NCBI GenBank assembly: GCA_009885955.1
Contig: VFJS01000061.1
Coordinates: forward strand, 30,228 to 94,227
Direction of reading: 5' to 3'
DNA length: 64,000 nucleotides
From: Spirochaetia bacterium
GTDB taxonomy: Bacteria > Spirochaetota > UBA4802 > UBA5550
Shown here: positions 42,173 to 52,962 of the stretch, one piece after another
Layout: every line of letters begins with the position of its first letter
Numbering within the stretch: position 1 is the stretch's first letter
Made by a program: the position numbers and the translations under genes
The notes under the pieces: model-generated
Told to the model about the DNA's origin: nothing
Database searches by the model: none
The model's input: only the letters and a program-made list of their open reading frames with translations

Positions 42173-43423
42173 TTACCTGGTCTCCCCTTTTCCGTACACG
42201 ATATATTTGAGCGTCGTAAGGCCCTCCACGCCCATGGCCCCGCGGGCATGGAGCTTCTGCGTCGAGATGCCCACTTCGGCGCCGAGCCCGAACTCGCCGC
42301 CGTCATGGAACCTTGTTGAGGCGTTGACAAAAACCGCAGAGGAATCGACCTCCCGGAGGAACCGCTCGGCGTTCAGGTAGTCCGATGTTACAATGGCTTC
42401 GGAATGGGACGAGGAATGCATGGCAATGTGCTCCATGGCTGCTTCAAGGGAATCGACAATTTTTACCGACAGGATAAGGTCCAGGTATTCAGTGTCCCAG
42501 TCAGCATCGGAGGCTTTCTTTATTTTCCCCGGAGCCAGGGCAGAAGTCCTGTCGCATCCGCGGATCTCCACGCCGGCATTAAGAATGGCTGCCAGGAGCT
42601 TCTCCTTCCCGCTGAATTTTTCATGGATCAGCAGGGCCTCCATGGCATTGCAGACGCCGGGCCTCTGGACCTTGGCATTTATACAGATATTGACAGCCAT
42701 TTCCGTGCCTGCGCTCTCGTCAACAAAGGTATGGCAGATCCCCTTGTCATGCCGAATGACCGGGATAGTGGACTCCTGAACGACCATTTTTATGAGGCCC
42801 TCGCCCCCCCTGGGTATCACGATGTCTATGTGGCTGTTCATCTTCAGAAATATGGGGACTATCTCCCTTTCAGTCTTTTCAATGAATGATACTGCCCCTT
42901 CAGGACAGCCCGCCCCGAAAAGGGACTCCTTTATGATGTTATACAGGGCAAGGTTGGAATGTATCGACTCCTTTCCCCCTCTCAGAATAGCGGCATTGCC
43001 CGACTTCAGACACAGAGCGGCAATATCAGTGGTGACGTTGGGCCGTGATTCATAGATGACGGCCACAACCCCGATGGGGACCCTCATCTGGCCTACGCGG
43101 ATGCCGCTGGGGCGCACTTTCATATTTTCTATCCTTCCCACAGGGTCGTCGAAAAGCGCAATCTCCCTCACCGATCGGGACATGGCCCGGATTCTCCCTT
43201 CATCGAGAAGGAGGCGATCGATCATGGCGCTGCTCATGCCCGACTTTTTCCCTTCATCTATGTCTTTTTTGTTTTCAGCAATGATAAAAGGTATGCTATC
43301 ATCGAGCCTGGCTGCAATGGCATTCAGGACGGCATTCTTCTCCCGTGTGGAGAAATTGGCTGTTTTTTTCGAGGCCTCTTTCGCCCTTGCGCAGATATTT
43401 TCAATGTATTCCCTGTAATCCAT
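42173..43423 (-). CDS. proA: Gamma-glutamyl phosphate reductase
   Basis: YESRPNVT, PRGGEGLI, VCNA, NASTRF.DGGEFGLGAEVGISTQKLHARG. Confidence 0.97.
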   Translation of the reverse strand: MDYREYIENICARAKEASKKTANFSTREKNAVLNAIAARLDDSIPFIIAENKKDIDEGKKSGMSSAMIDRLLLDEGRIRAMSRSVREIALFDDPVGRIENMKVRPSGIRVGQMRVPIGVVAVIYESRPNVTTDIAALCLKSGNAAILRGGKESIHSNLALYNIIKESLFGAGCPEGAVSFIEKTEREIVPIFLKMNSHIDIVIPRGGEGLIKMVVQESTIPVIRHDKGICHTFVDESAGTEMAVNICINAKVQRPGVCNAMEALLIHEKFSGKEKLLAAILNAGVEIRGCDRTSALAPGKIKKASDADWDTEYLDLILSVKIVDSLEAAMEHIAMHSSSHSEAIVTSDYLNAERFLREVDSSAVFVNASTRFHDGGEFGLGAEVGISTQKLHARGAMGVEGLTTLKYIVYGKGETR

Positions 43424-43701
43424 AAAAGTACCCTGGTTGTTAAATTTAATTTTGCTTATTTGATAATGAACGGCTAATTTTACAAGAAAAATTTTATACC
43501 CCTGAGGTTTTCATTTCCTGTCGCAGTGTATCCTATGATAGAACCGGCATAACAGAATTACAGGGAAAACTTTGAAAATAATTTAAATGATTAATATTAT
43601 CTTGACACCCGGTTCAATAAAATAAATCATTTATATTATAAAGTTTTTTTAATAATGAGAATATACAGTAAATTTTCCTTAATTTAACATTTCAATTTTT
43701 A

Positions 43702-43896
43702 ATGAAAATAAAAGAAATAATAAAACTAATTGAAAATGACGGATGGTATCTAATACGGACAAAAGGGAGCCACAGGCAATTTAAACATCCGGTAAAAACA
43801 GGACGCGTAACCATAGCCGGCAGATTGTCCGATGATTTAGCACCAGGAACTCAAAACAGCATTTTTAAACAGGCAGATTTAAAAGGAGAAAAATAA
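43702..43896 (+). CDS. hicA: HicA toxin (mRNA interferase)
   Basis: DGWYLIRTKGSHRQFKHP...GRVTI...DLAPGT. Confidence 0.92.
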   Translation: MKIKEIIKLIENDGWYLIRTKGSHRQFKHPVKTGRVTIAGRLSDDLAPGTQNSIFKQADLKGEK

Positions 43897-43900
43897 CAAT

Positions 43901-44110
43901 ATGAATAAATTTCTAATTGTAATTGAAAAAGCACGCAAAAATTTTTCTGCGTATTCTCCGGATATCCCTGGTTGTGTCGCAACAGGGTCTACCATAGAAG
44001 AGACTGAGAAAAATATGTTCGAAGCCATAAAAATTCATCTTGAAGGTCTTGAAGAAGATAATATTTCCATTCCAAAATCTACATCTATAGCGGAATATAT
44101 AATAGTATAA
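43901..44110 (+). CDS. hicB: HicB antitoxin (short form, no DNA-binding domain)
   Basis: FSAYSPDIPGCVATGSTIEE...EAI..HLEGL. Confidence 0.9.
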   Translation: MNKFLIVIEKARKNFSAYSPDIPGCVATGSTIEETEKNMFEAIKIHLEGLEEDNISIPKSTSIAEYIIV

Positions 44111-44141
44111 ATGTATACCTGAGTGATGTTTCATAATTAAA

Positions 44142-45119
44142 TTACTTCCTCCCCATGATCTTCTTCAGCGCTTCAAACACCGCGTCGTATTCCCCGCCGG
44201 CATTCCAAGCTACCCAGCCCCTGGCCCCGGTTGCCTCTGAAGCCAGTATCTGCAGCTCCACATACTTCTCAAGGGAGACCCCGGCCCACTGGATGTTGTA
44301 CTTAAAAGATTGGATGTAGGGATGAACGGCAACCTTTGTATCCTTGAGTCGGGTGAGCCCCCTGGTGACCCCCTCTTTTATGGTCTCGCCGGGATGGGAC
44401 ATCCAGTACTGGTTGTCCAGGAAGTGACTGGGATAGAGCATGGGATAGACCACATCCATATGAGCAGCAAAGAGCTCCAGCTGCTGGCCGATATTGTCAT
44501 TTTTATTGAAGACGATGCGGCCGAAGAGATCGGCCGAAAGCTTCACCTTATTTTTATTTGCCACTTCCCGTATGCCGGAAAGGAGGCCGCCGATAAATTT
44601 ATATTTTGCCTCCAGGGAGTAGTTTCCGTCAGTGTCCTTGAACCGTATATAGTCGAGCTGGACCTCGTTAAACCCGGCAGCTGCCGAGGCTTCCACAAGC
44701 CGGTATATGTCATCGATCCTTTTCTTCGGCACGGGGAGAACCCCCAGCCCGTCGGGAAAGCAGACAATCCGCGCGGCCAGGTACACACCGCTGCCCGTAA
44801 GGAATTTTATGGTATTCCTGTCTATCCTGGGTTCCAGGGATCCGCCATGGACGTCAATGACCATCATGTTGATGCCAAGGGGGGCACCCTTCTCCATGAT
44901 TTTTTTGAGATACGCCGGGCCCGATGCCCTGGTGACGGGAAAGTAGAGGCCCCTCATGGGGAGGTCCGCGTTCACCGTCTTTTTATCATCCCTTGACTCT
45001 TCTTTCTCACTCTTCCTCGGCTCCCCTGCGGAGCCCCTGCAGGTGAATGTGAAAAACGCAGCCGATGACGTCAGGAACAGGGTAATAAATATACCGCATA
45101 AAATTTTTCTATTTTTCAT
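44142..45119 (-). CDS. Putative glycoside hydrolase (DUF4015-like TIM barrel)
   Basis: ARIVCF, GFNEVQLDYIRF, SADLFG, IGQ, PMLYPSH, WNA. Confidence 0.8.
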   Translation of the reverse strand: MKNRKILCGIFITLFLTSSAAFFTFTCRGSAGEPRKSEKEESRDDKKTVNADLPMRGLYFPVTRASGPAYLKKIMEKGAPLGINMMVIDVHGGSLEPRIDRNTIKFLTGSGVYLAARIVCFPDGLGVLPVPKKRIDDIYRLVEASAAAGFNEVQLDYIRFKDTDGNYSLEAKYKFIGGLLSGIREVANKNKVKLSADLFGRIVFNKNDNIGQQLELFAAHMDVVYPMLYPSHFLDNQYWMSHPGETIKEGVTRGLTRLKDTKVAVHPYIQSFKYNIQWAGVSLEKYVELQILASEATGARGWVAWNAGGEYDAVFEALKKIMGRK

Positions 45120-45123
45120 AATA

Positions 45124-47121
45124 CTATTTCACCGCCATCTCTTCCTTCGTTGGGATATCCTGTTCCGCGATTCCGCAGAGCACCTCGTCGGTCATGGGGG
45201 TTATTTCGGCAATCCTGTTGGCCTGTTTTTCCACGATCTTCTCAAATATATTTCTCGCCAGCCTGCCGTTGCCGAAAGTCTTGTCCCTGGCCGCATAGAG
45301 CAGGGTAAAAAGTTTAACCAGCGCTTCTTCGGCAGGGCCGTCTAATTTGAAGCTCACGTTGCCGCAAAAGACATTAAAAATTTTCATGAGCTCCTCGGGC
45401 CGGTAATCTTCAAAATAAAAGTACCTGCTGAACCTGGATTTAAGCCCGGGATTGGAATTGATAAAGCGCTTCATCTCATCGGGGTAGCCTGCAACGATGA
45501 CAACGAGGCGCTCCCTGTTGTCCTCCATCCTCTTGAGAATGGCGTCGATGGCCTCCTGGCCGAAGTCCTTCCCGCCGTCCGATGGGCTGAGGGAATACGC
45601 CTCGTCTATGAATAGGACGCCGTCCAGGGCCTTCTGCACGATTTCATCAACCTTGATGGCTGTCTGCCCCACGTAGCCGGCCACGAGCCCTGCGCGGTCC
45701 GTCTCAATGATGTGCCCCTTTTTCAGGAGGCCCAGGCATTTATACACCTTCCCGAGGAGCCTGGCTATGGTGGTCTTCCCTGTGCCGGGAGGGCCGTGAA
45801 ATACGGCATGGAGCGACAGCGGCGTCGCAGGGTACCCCCTCTCCTTCCGCTCCTTCTGGACCTTGATGAGGTTTATGAAGGTCTTTATCTCATCTTTAAT
45901 ATTGTTCATGCCCACAAGGGTGTTTATCTTCTCCATGACCTTTTCAAGGGTATCCTCTTCCACAGCCTCACCCTTTGCAGAGTCCGTCGTTCCCCTGCCG
46001 TCTGAAGCTCCTGCAGCGGCACTGGAGCCTATGAGGTCCTTTATCTGCTTGAGCCTCTCCTCTTCAGCCTTGCTTATTTCTCCGTCCGATTTCATGAGGC
46101 CCCCGGCAAAAAGATAATAGGCATTGCCTGCCTCTACAGCCCGGCTTGTGCCGCGGGAAGTGTCGTAATCCTTCAGCCGGGCCAGTGCCGGCAGGGCCTT
46201 CCCCTGGATATCGATCTTTGTCTCTTTAAGCTTCTGCGAAAGCTTTCCCCAGTATTCCATGAGGTACCCCCGGTATTCCTCGGGGAACAGATCGAATCTG
46301 AAAAATTTTTCCGATTTTTCAATGTCCTGCCCCTGGTCCCCGGGGTTGAACGGCATTATCACCATGGCTATGAAAAGCATCTCCTGGCCGGCAAGGGAAC
46401 CGTCGGCCATGCTGCAGAGTGAAGAGAGGACGATGAGGTCGTTTACCATGAGTTCCTTCATGCCGCTCCCGTATTCGCCGCCCAGGAGTGGGGAGAGGGC
46501 TTCATATATTTTCTTTGCCTCGAGAAAGAGAAAGTTGATATTGATAAAATCATCGCCGCTTTTATTACCTGCAGTCACATTCTCGTTTGATTTCAACAGG
46601 TCCGAGGTGAACTTATCGATGAAGTCGGGGATTGATATCTTTTTTATAAACATGTCTGTTATGCTGTCCAGTGTCCCGGCAGAATCATCCTTCTTGGCTA
46701 CCACATCGTTCCCGGTCCGGTTCTCAATGAGCCCTATGAACTTCCTGGCCGAAGCCTCGGTGACAAAGGATTTGAATGATACAGACCTGTCCCTTAGCCT
46801 GAAAGTTATTTTCACCGATGAATACCCCTTCACAAAATCGACCCTGGTTATTTCATTGAAATCGATAGTGTCGGTGAACGATTTTGACTTTCCTCCGGAG
46901 GCGAAAAAGATTTTCCTGTCCGATACGCACAGTACGCCCGGGGCCTCGTCTGAGCCGTCTGCGTCGGCTGTTTTACTGTAAAACCCGTCAAGGATATCGT
47001 GGATGGTCTCGTCATCACGGACAATGGAGCGGACACCTTTTAAAACCGCGTTCTTGCCCGATACCAGCTGCCAGTTGTATATCCTTCCGAGTTCTTCTGC
47101 AATCCTGTCTTTGGAATCCAT
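45124..47121 (-). CDS. CbxX/SpoVK-type AAA+ ATPase with N-terminal PH-like and TerB-like regions
   Basis: C-terminal LVGM..IK, GPPGTGKTT, GYVGQTA, LFIDEAYSL, NPGLKSRF, FGNGR; N-terminal GVLCVSDRKIFF; ADG and SDG..E motifs. Confidence 0.85.
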   Translation of the reverse strand: MDSKDRIAEELGRIYNWQLVSGKNAVLKGVRSIVRDDETIHDILDGFYSKTADADGSDEAPGVLCVSDRKIFFASGGKSKSFTDTIDFNEITRVDFVKGYSSVKITFRLRDRSVSFKSFVTEASARKFIGLIENRTGNDVVAKKDDSAGTLDSITDMFIKKISIPDFIDKFTSDLLKSNENVTAGNKSGDDFININFLFLEAKKIYEALSPLLGGEYGSGMKELMVNDLIVLSSLCSMADGSLAGQEMLFIAMVIMPFNPGDQGQDIEKSEKFFRFDLFPEEYRGYLMEYWGKLSQKLKETKIDIQGKALPALARLKDYDTSRGTSRAVEAGNAYYLFAGGLMKSDGEISKAEEERLKQIKDLIGSSAAAGASDGRGTTDSAKGEAVEEDTLEKVMEKINTLVGMNNIKDEIKTFINLIKVQKERKERGYPATPLSLHAVFHGPPGTGKTTIARLLGKVYKCLGLLKKGHIIETDRAGLVAGYVGQTAIKVDEIVQKALDGVLFIDEAYSLSPSDGGKDFGQEAIDAILKRMEDNRERLVVIVAGYPDEMKRFINSNPGLKSRFSRYFYFEDYRPEELMKIFNVFCGNVSFKLDGPAEEALVKLFTLLYAARDKTFGNGRLARNIFEKIVEKQANRIAEITPMTDEVLCGIAEQDIPTKEEMAVK

Positions 47122-47122
47122 A

Positions 47123-47809
47123 TCATCCCCTTTTTATAAGCTCTTCCATACCTTTCCAGAAGGCCTCTTTATCAATCTCATTATGCAGGTGCTTTGCGAT
47201 AAGCCCGCGCATGTCACTGGAAAAGGCATCCCAGTATTTGTCGGCCCATCCTTTCGGGAACCCGTCCAGTTCCTCTTTTTTAATGGTGCCCGTGGCATAG
47301 GCGATAAACTGCTCCACCATGGCAAGCATAACATCGGCCGGAAGGGGCGCCATGCTTTTTTTCTGCCCCGGGGACGGAACCCACGTATCCAGGAGCAGCT
47401 TGAGGTGGTCTTCCGGTATGTAGGGGTTATGCTGAAGGATGATGTCCGCGGCAAGCATCCTGGCACCGCGGTGCACCGCGTCATAGGCCTGGCCGAGATG
47501 GACCCCCATCCCGGAGGCTATCCCCTTTGCCAGGCCCGCATGTAAACCGCCCTGCTCCTTTTTTTCCACACGCCGTTCAATGGCACCCTTGACCAGGGCC
47601 AGCTCGTCATCGGGAATTACCTTCAGGATGTAATCCACGGCCCACAGGAGCTCATTCTTTCCTGCAATTTTATGGAGCTCCATGTTCCCGGCTGCAGTGC
47701 CTCGCTTTGTCCGCTTCTCATAGGCTCTGACCAGAAAACTGATGTCCCCTAGAGCAGCCCTGTTGAGGATAAAGCTTATGATCCTGTTCTTATCTTCACT
47801 ATTTGACAT
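47123..47809 (-). CDS. Hypothetical helical protein coupled to the AAA gene
   Basis: 228-aa ORF ending 1 nt before the ATPase start. Confidence 0.7.
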   Translation of the reverse strand: MSNSEDKNRIISFILNRAALGDISFLVRAYEKRTKRGTAAGNMELHKIAGKNELLWAVDYILKVIPDDELALVKGAIERRVEKKEQGGLHAGLAKGIASGMGVHLGQAYDAVHRGARMLAADIILQHNPYIPEDHLKLLLDTWVPSPGQKKSMAPLPADVMLAMVEQFIAYATGTIKKEELDGFPKGWADKYWDAFSSDMRGLIAKHLHNEIDKEAFWKGMEELIKRG

Positions 47810-47834
47810 GTATTAATCTGCCCTGCGTAATTCT

Positions 47835-50800
47835 TCAGTTTTCCTGAAGGAGAATTACCATGCGGAGATAGCACTTTTCCGCGAATGCCGCGATCTCCGC
47901 CTCAAGGTTGGGGAGCTCGGAATCGCCGAAGACCGCATCCATGAAGGGTATAATCCTCTCGTTCATATTTTTTGCTCTGAGCCTCTGCTGCTGGATGAGC
48001 GCGTTTATCTGCGATGTCGCTGCAGTCTCGTGCATGCAGCCGAAAGGACCCACGTGGTAGATGCCGGATATGTCCGGGAGCAGGCCCCTGGTGAACATGT
48101 GAGCCTCCCCGATGGATATGGGGGACTCACCGGTGACAAGCCTGTCGTATATGAGGTCCTTCTGGGCCGAATCTATCATGTGTTCGGTGCTGTGGGGGTC
48201 CCTTCCATTGAGAAATTCTCTGAAGGGGAAGTAGAACCTATTGCTGGTTCTCTTCATGTATATACGCTTGATAACGGCTTCCAGCAGCTTTTTCCACCGG
48301 CCCGCCCTGATGTACTGGCGAATCGCCTTTTTGTTGGTATATTCAAACCACTGGGAGAGCGAGGCAAGCCTCACCTCCAGGCCGTACTTCTCCAGGAGCC
48401 TGATGGAATCCTGGTTTGCCTCGGGATGGGACCTGACAAAAATCTCGCCGTTCATCATGACTATGGGCTTCCTCTTCAGGGCAGGGTCAATGAGCGATGC
48501 GTACCGTTCAGCCCCCTTTTTCATGAGAGCGGAAAGCGCTTCCGAATCGGACCCTCTCTCCACGATTCCGTAGAGCTCCCGGCTGAGTTCCCCGTATGCC
48601 CTGTCGGCGGAACCGGATTCGCGCTCATAGGGCCTGGTACGGAGCAGGGCATCGGCCAAAATATCGTTGCACGTGGTACCCTTGAAATAGAGCTGTATGA
48701 GCCTTGCAATCTCCACCGGCGGGATGGGTACATTGGAGTAATCAACTTCGCTGTCGGGATTGAATATGGGAACACCGCTGAATCCGCATTCGTCAAAAAA
48801 TTTTCTGAGGATTACAAAATACTGCCCGAACCTGCAGGGCCCGTTCGTCATGGGCTGAAAAACCAGGGCCTTCTCCACCGGGTCGATTCCCCTCTCTTTC
48901 AGTTCAAAAAGCCAGGCAAGGCAGTCGCCCACCTGGAAGGTGAAGGGGCTGCAGGCATTGGAATATACGAATTTCGTTGATAACTCGCAGCCCTTCGCCG
49001 TTCTCGTCTTCATCACCTCGGATTCGTACCCCAGCGACCTGAAGGCCGCGGAGATCACATGGGAGTTCTCGCCCATATAGGGTATTCCTACAATCCTCCC
49101 CTTCATCTCGGGCCCCTGTACGGTTATCCTGAAGTCATCAAGGGTTAAGGGTCTGTGCCTGTGACTTTTTACCACCTCGAAATTTGCCAGTGCCCGTGTG
49201 CCGAACTGGGCGTTGCTCGAATGTCCGTCGGTCTGGAGCACCAGGTGCGGCTTTCCGCTCCTGTTTATGATACTCTCCTCGTGAAAGATGATCATGGAAT
49301 CGGCGCCGCAGTTGAAATTGGTTTCGCGGACCGGGAAAAAGCCGGGGTCCATGGCTGTGAGCAGGTTGTAGTTGATGATCCTGGCTCCCTGGTACCAGTA
49401 CATGTTTTCGGCTATATCGCTTATATCATAACCGGGATCTCGTATGAAAAATGACGGGACAAAGTGAAGGCCGTTCGATGCAAAGAGTTCATGGATCCTT
49501 GAACTGGCCTTATCGTCAAGGATGGTGTAACCCCTTCCGATGCCCAGGAATATCTTCACATCCCTCTTTTTAAGGGCGTCCACAATTCTGGCCCCCCTGG
49601 AGTATATTTCATCCAGAAATTCCTTCTCCGCTGCATGGGCAAGCCCGAGGGCCCTGGAAACGTCATGCATGGAGAACCTTCTGCCGAAGACCCTTTTTAA
49701 ATCCTTATAGATTGTCCTGTCTATGGGATAATCGGGATTATTGAAGTTTACCACGGGCAGGAGCGCGTCGCTGCTGTCAATGCTCAGAGCAACCCTTGCA
49801 AGGAACCCGTCGCCGGCCACATAGGGGCAGAACTTTTTCCCTTCCCTTCCTATAGCATTCACCAGGAGGATCCAGTCCCTCCCCTTTCTCATATGTTTTT
49901 TCAGAAAAGCTGCATGGCCATGGGCAAGTTTTACCGGATAACATGTTTCCGAGTGAGAATGATTGATACCCATGGCCACAATGGCGTCGTCGGATTCCGG
50001 CGATACTGCTATGTCAAAACCCAGGGACTTATACAGGGCGGTGTAAAAGACCCCCTTCTCGTTGAGAAAGGTCAGGCTCCTGGGAATGAGGATCCTCTCC
50101 CGGACACCGGGGGCACTAATATCTGAAACATATTTTTCAAGATGCCTGGCAAGCATGTTCCGGTACATGGCAACATAGTCAGGGGCCCTTCTCCCTGAAA
50201 CGCCGGTATTCCCCTTGGGGCATGCCCCTCCTGAATAGACCATGTCGCCTGCCATCTCATACATCTGCAGCATGCAGTCCTTAACTCCACACGAAGCCTC
50301 GACAAGGGTACTGCAGTTTTCCGTTCTCCTCACAAAGTCCATCTCCCCGATTTCCAGGCCGCGGAATTTAGACCCGCGCGGGATGCCTTCGCCCGCAGCT
50401 CCGGCTATCTCGCCGTGAAGTGCAATGGCAGCGCCCAGGGCCCCGAAAAGCTGGCGGTGGGGAAACGCGTTGATATCCATGCCGGTATGCATGGCCAGCG
50501 CTGCAAGGCATGAGATACCATTGAATGGACCGCCCTGGGCCGAGGCAGTCTCCCCGAACTTTTCGTTTCCGACAAACTTGTTCACATATCCGCCCATGAA
50601 TCCATAGACGATGGCTGCAGCAATCTCGTCCCTGGGGAAACCCAGTGCAACGAGCCTGGAAATGCCGGCCTCGGTAAAGACCCCGCACGTATCGTCAACC
50701 ACCGGTGTGCTTGCGGCCCTCATGGCATGTTCATGGAATGTGCTGCTGATGTCGAGGCCGATCATCTCGGCCATGTTCTGCATGGTCTGGCCGGTGCCGG

Positions 50801-52277
50801 CCATGCAGCTCAGGTTCATCTTTGATTTATTCACCGTGCCGTTGGGGTTGAACCGGGTAAATTTCGCGTCCTGGCCCCCGAGTTCGAAAATGGTATCCAC
50901 CCCGCCATTGAAGTGCCTCACGCCGAAGGCGTGGCAGGTAATTTCATCCTTTACAATATCACTGGATTTCATCGCAGGGTTTTTTTTCTGGTCGATAAAG
51001 AGTTTATGATAAAAAGCTCCCGAGGAGCCTGTAAATGCCGTGCCTGTAATCTCAATTCCGCTTCCAAGGTGCCTGCTGATCTGCCTGAATATCTCCTGCG
51101 CCGCCTGTAGCGGACGGCCGCTGGTATTGAGGCAGATCTCCGCAATGAGCTCAAGGTTTGCTTCATCGACAATTACAGCTTTGGTAGTTGTAGAGCCGCC
51201 GTCCATGCCCATGAGGACCCTGCGCCTGTGGCCTGCGATCCCGGCATATATTTTCAGATCATCCTTCACCGCCTCAGGGGACGTATCGTTCACAGACCGT
51301 ACCTTGCTCAGAGCATTGCTCAGAGGAGGGGCTTTTTTTATGCTCTCTTTATCGGATTTTGATATGCCGGCCAGGTCTCCGGGCTTAAATTTCATTCCCA
51401 TATTGCCGGCTTTTATGACAGCGCCGATTGCCCCTGCCTTCTGAAAGTTTTCAGGCACATCAATTGCCATGCCGAGTTCTGCCTCGAGCATCCTGACCAT
51501 GGCCCTTGATGCGAATACGCCGCCTGTGGCAATTGCCTGCTTCGAAGGGTCGAAAATCCTGGTCCTGAGGACATCGGAGCGGTAATTTCTGATTATCCTT
51601 ACACATGTCCCTTTAAGGATATTTCCAATTGTTTCGCCCCGGTTCTGAAGGTGGATCATATCTGACTGGATTACGACACCGCACCTGCCGCCAACGCTCA
51701 CATCCCTGTCTGAAAGCTCCAGTTCTTCAACTGCCCTCGAAAAGGTCTGTTTCAGACGGTTCTGCAGAATCTCCCTGTTCTTTCTCCTGTCATCGCCCAT
51801 GGTGACAGGAAACTCGTTCTCAAAAAACCTGCGGCACTGCCTGGCAATCAGTATGCCGCTCCCGCCGCCGCATTTGGTGCCGGTGCCGTGATCCTGGGTG
51901 AAGGACATGAACCTTGTCTCAACATTCACCCTCTCCTTCTCAAAATAGTATGGATCCTTTGCACCGATGTGGAATATATACTGAGCTTCCGGGGCTATCC
52001 GGCTAGCACCGGCCGGGATGGTAATGGTATCATGGTAAAAAGGCATACCGAGCCTCGCTGCTATAAGCCCTGAGATGCTCCCGGTGAAGGCTGTAGTTAT
52101 AATATCTTTGTAGGGGAAAATGGCAAGGATATCCGAATAGATGTCAAAAAGGGCATCGGCGGGATTTCCGAAATGGAAGACTGTTTCAGGTGAATGGCAT
52201 ATGTTTAACCCCCTGTCTGCGACAACGGCATTTATTGAATCAGTCCCTATATCAAATCCGACATAATATCCGCTCAT
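47835..52277 (-). CDS. Fused 2-hydroxyacyl-CoA dehydratase activase (two BadF/BcrAD ASKHA domains + DUF2229 + dehydratase-like region)
   Basis: GFDIGTDS and GMDGGSTTTK; KCGGGSG and SCMAGTG; ELGGQDAK; SETCYPVKLAHGH; FNCGAD; GPCRFGQY; PFGCM. Confidence 0.88.
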   Translation of the reverse strand: MSGYYVGFDIGTDSINAVVADRGLNICHSPETVFHFGNPADALFDIYSDILAIFPYKDIITTAFTGSISGLIAARLGMPFYHDTITIPAGASRIAPEAQYIFHIGAKDPYYFEKERVNVETRFMSFTQDHGTGTKCGGGSGILIARQCRRFFENEFPVTMGDDRRKNREILQNRLKQTFSRAVEELELSDRDVSVGGRCGVVIQSDMIHLQNRGETIGNILKGTCVRIIRNYRSDVLRTRIFDPSKQAIATGGVFASRAMVRMLEAELGMAIDVPENFQKAGAIGAVIKAGNMGMKFKPGDLAGISKSDKESIKKAPPLSNALSKVRSVNDTSPEAVKDDLKIYAGIAGHRRRVLMGMDGGSTTTKAVIVDEANLELIAEICLNTSGRPLQAAQEIFRQISRHLGSGIEITGTAFTGSSGAFYHKLFIDQKKNPAMKSSDIVKDEITCHAFGVRHFNGGVDTIFELGGQDAKFTRFNPNGTVNKSKMNLSCMAGTGQTMQNMAEMIGLDISSTFHEHAMRAASTPVVDDTCGVFTEAGISRLVALGFPRDEIAAAIVYGFMGGYVNKFVGNEKFGETASAQGGPFNGISCLAALAMHTGMDINAFPHRQLFGALGAAIALHGEIAGAAGEGIPRGSKFRGLEIGEMDFVRRTENCSTLVEASCGVKDCMLQMYEMAGDMVYSGGACPKGNTGVSGRRAPDYVAMYRNMLARHLEKYVSDISAPGVRERILIPRSLTFLNEKGVFYTALYKSLGFDIAVSPESDDAIVAMGINHSHSETCYPVKLAHGHAAFLKKHMRKGRDWILLVNAIGREGKKFCPYVAGDGFLARVALSIDSSDALLPVVNFNNPDYPIDRTIYKDLKRVFGRRFSMHDVSRALGLAHAAEKEFLDEIYSRGARIVDALKKRDVKIFLGIGRGYTILDDKASSRIHELFASNGLHFVPSFFIRDPGYDISDIAENMYWYQGARIINYNLLTAMDPGFFPVRETNFNCGADSMIIFHEESIINRSGKPHLVLQTDGHSSNAQFGTRALANFEVVKSHRHRPLTLDDFRITVQGPEMKGRIVGIPYMGENSHVISAAFRSLGYESEVMKTRTAKGCELSTKFVYSNACSPFTFQVGDCLAWLFELKERGIDPVEKALVFQPMTNGPCRFGQYFVILRKFFDECGFSGVPIFNPDSEVDYSNVPIPPVEIARLIQLYFKGTTCNDILADALLRTRPYERESGSADRAYGELSRELYGIVERGSDSEALSALMKKGAERYASLIDPALKRKPIVMMNGEIFVRSHPEANQDSIRLLEKYGLEVRLASLSQWFEYTNKKAIRQYIRAGRWKKLLEAVIKRIYMKRTSNRFYFPFREFLNGRDPHSTEHMIDSAQKDLIYDRLVTGESPISIGEAHMFTRGLLPDISGIYHVGPFGCMHETAATSQINALIQQQRLRAKNMNERIIPFMDAVFGDSELPNLEAEIAAFAEKCYLRMVILLQEN

Positions 52278-52559
52278 GAAAAACCTGAAATATATTTGTT
52301 TATCTATACATTCCTATACCGGAAAATCCAGGAATTGGACCGATCCGGCTGAGTTATTGACACAATACAATATGAAGCCGGTAATGCAACAATTTATTCT
52401 GAAATTTGCGGAAACCATAACAGGTTATTATTCATTGATGGCGCTTGGAGATTATGTTTATTTGCTTCAAAATAAATAATAAACAGGTTTTTAAGCAGTA
52501 TTTATTGTAGTACAAAGCATATAATCATGTAATAACGAGTTAGTAATCCATAAAAATAT

Positions 52560-52877
52560 CGCTCAGAGTATTTTAGTATTTTATCAAAACATTGGGTTGA
52601 TCCCTTCGAGGTGATGGTTGGCAATCATTTAATCCTGCTCAGAGAAGGGTTCATGGAGCGAAGTAATTACAATATGATATAGTATATTATCTGTATCTTC
52701 ATTATGCCTTATAGCTCAGAGCAATTAATTTTCCAATATAAAAACAGGGGTTATATACCAATAATTTTGATCGTTGAATAATATTTAACATTAATAACAA
52801 ATTATTTGGGCTGTTTTATCGGTTCAATTGCTGGAAGTGAAATACATGGAAACACATTAAAAAAATTGCTCTGCATA
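52560..52877. repeat. Cluster of TGCTCWGAGCA-like palindromes 3' of the RAYT gene
   Basis: Copies at 52560, 52636, 52713 and a degenerate one at 52867. Confidence 0.75.
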
Positions 52878-52962
52878 AGTTTTATATTAATGCTGAATAA
52901 TTACTTTGAGTGGGGAATTTCAATGAATTGCAGTATAAAAAATATATTGTAGTTTTTTTGAA

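Noticed and set aside
48030-48980. Long plus-strand ORFs antisense to real genes (e.g. 48030-48980, 46259-46981, 44310-44996, 20760-21419, 19425-20063)
   Set aside because: Shadow frames of GC-rich, clearly identified minus-strand genes, with no motifs of their own.
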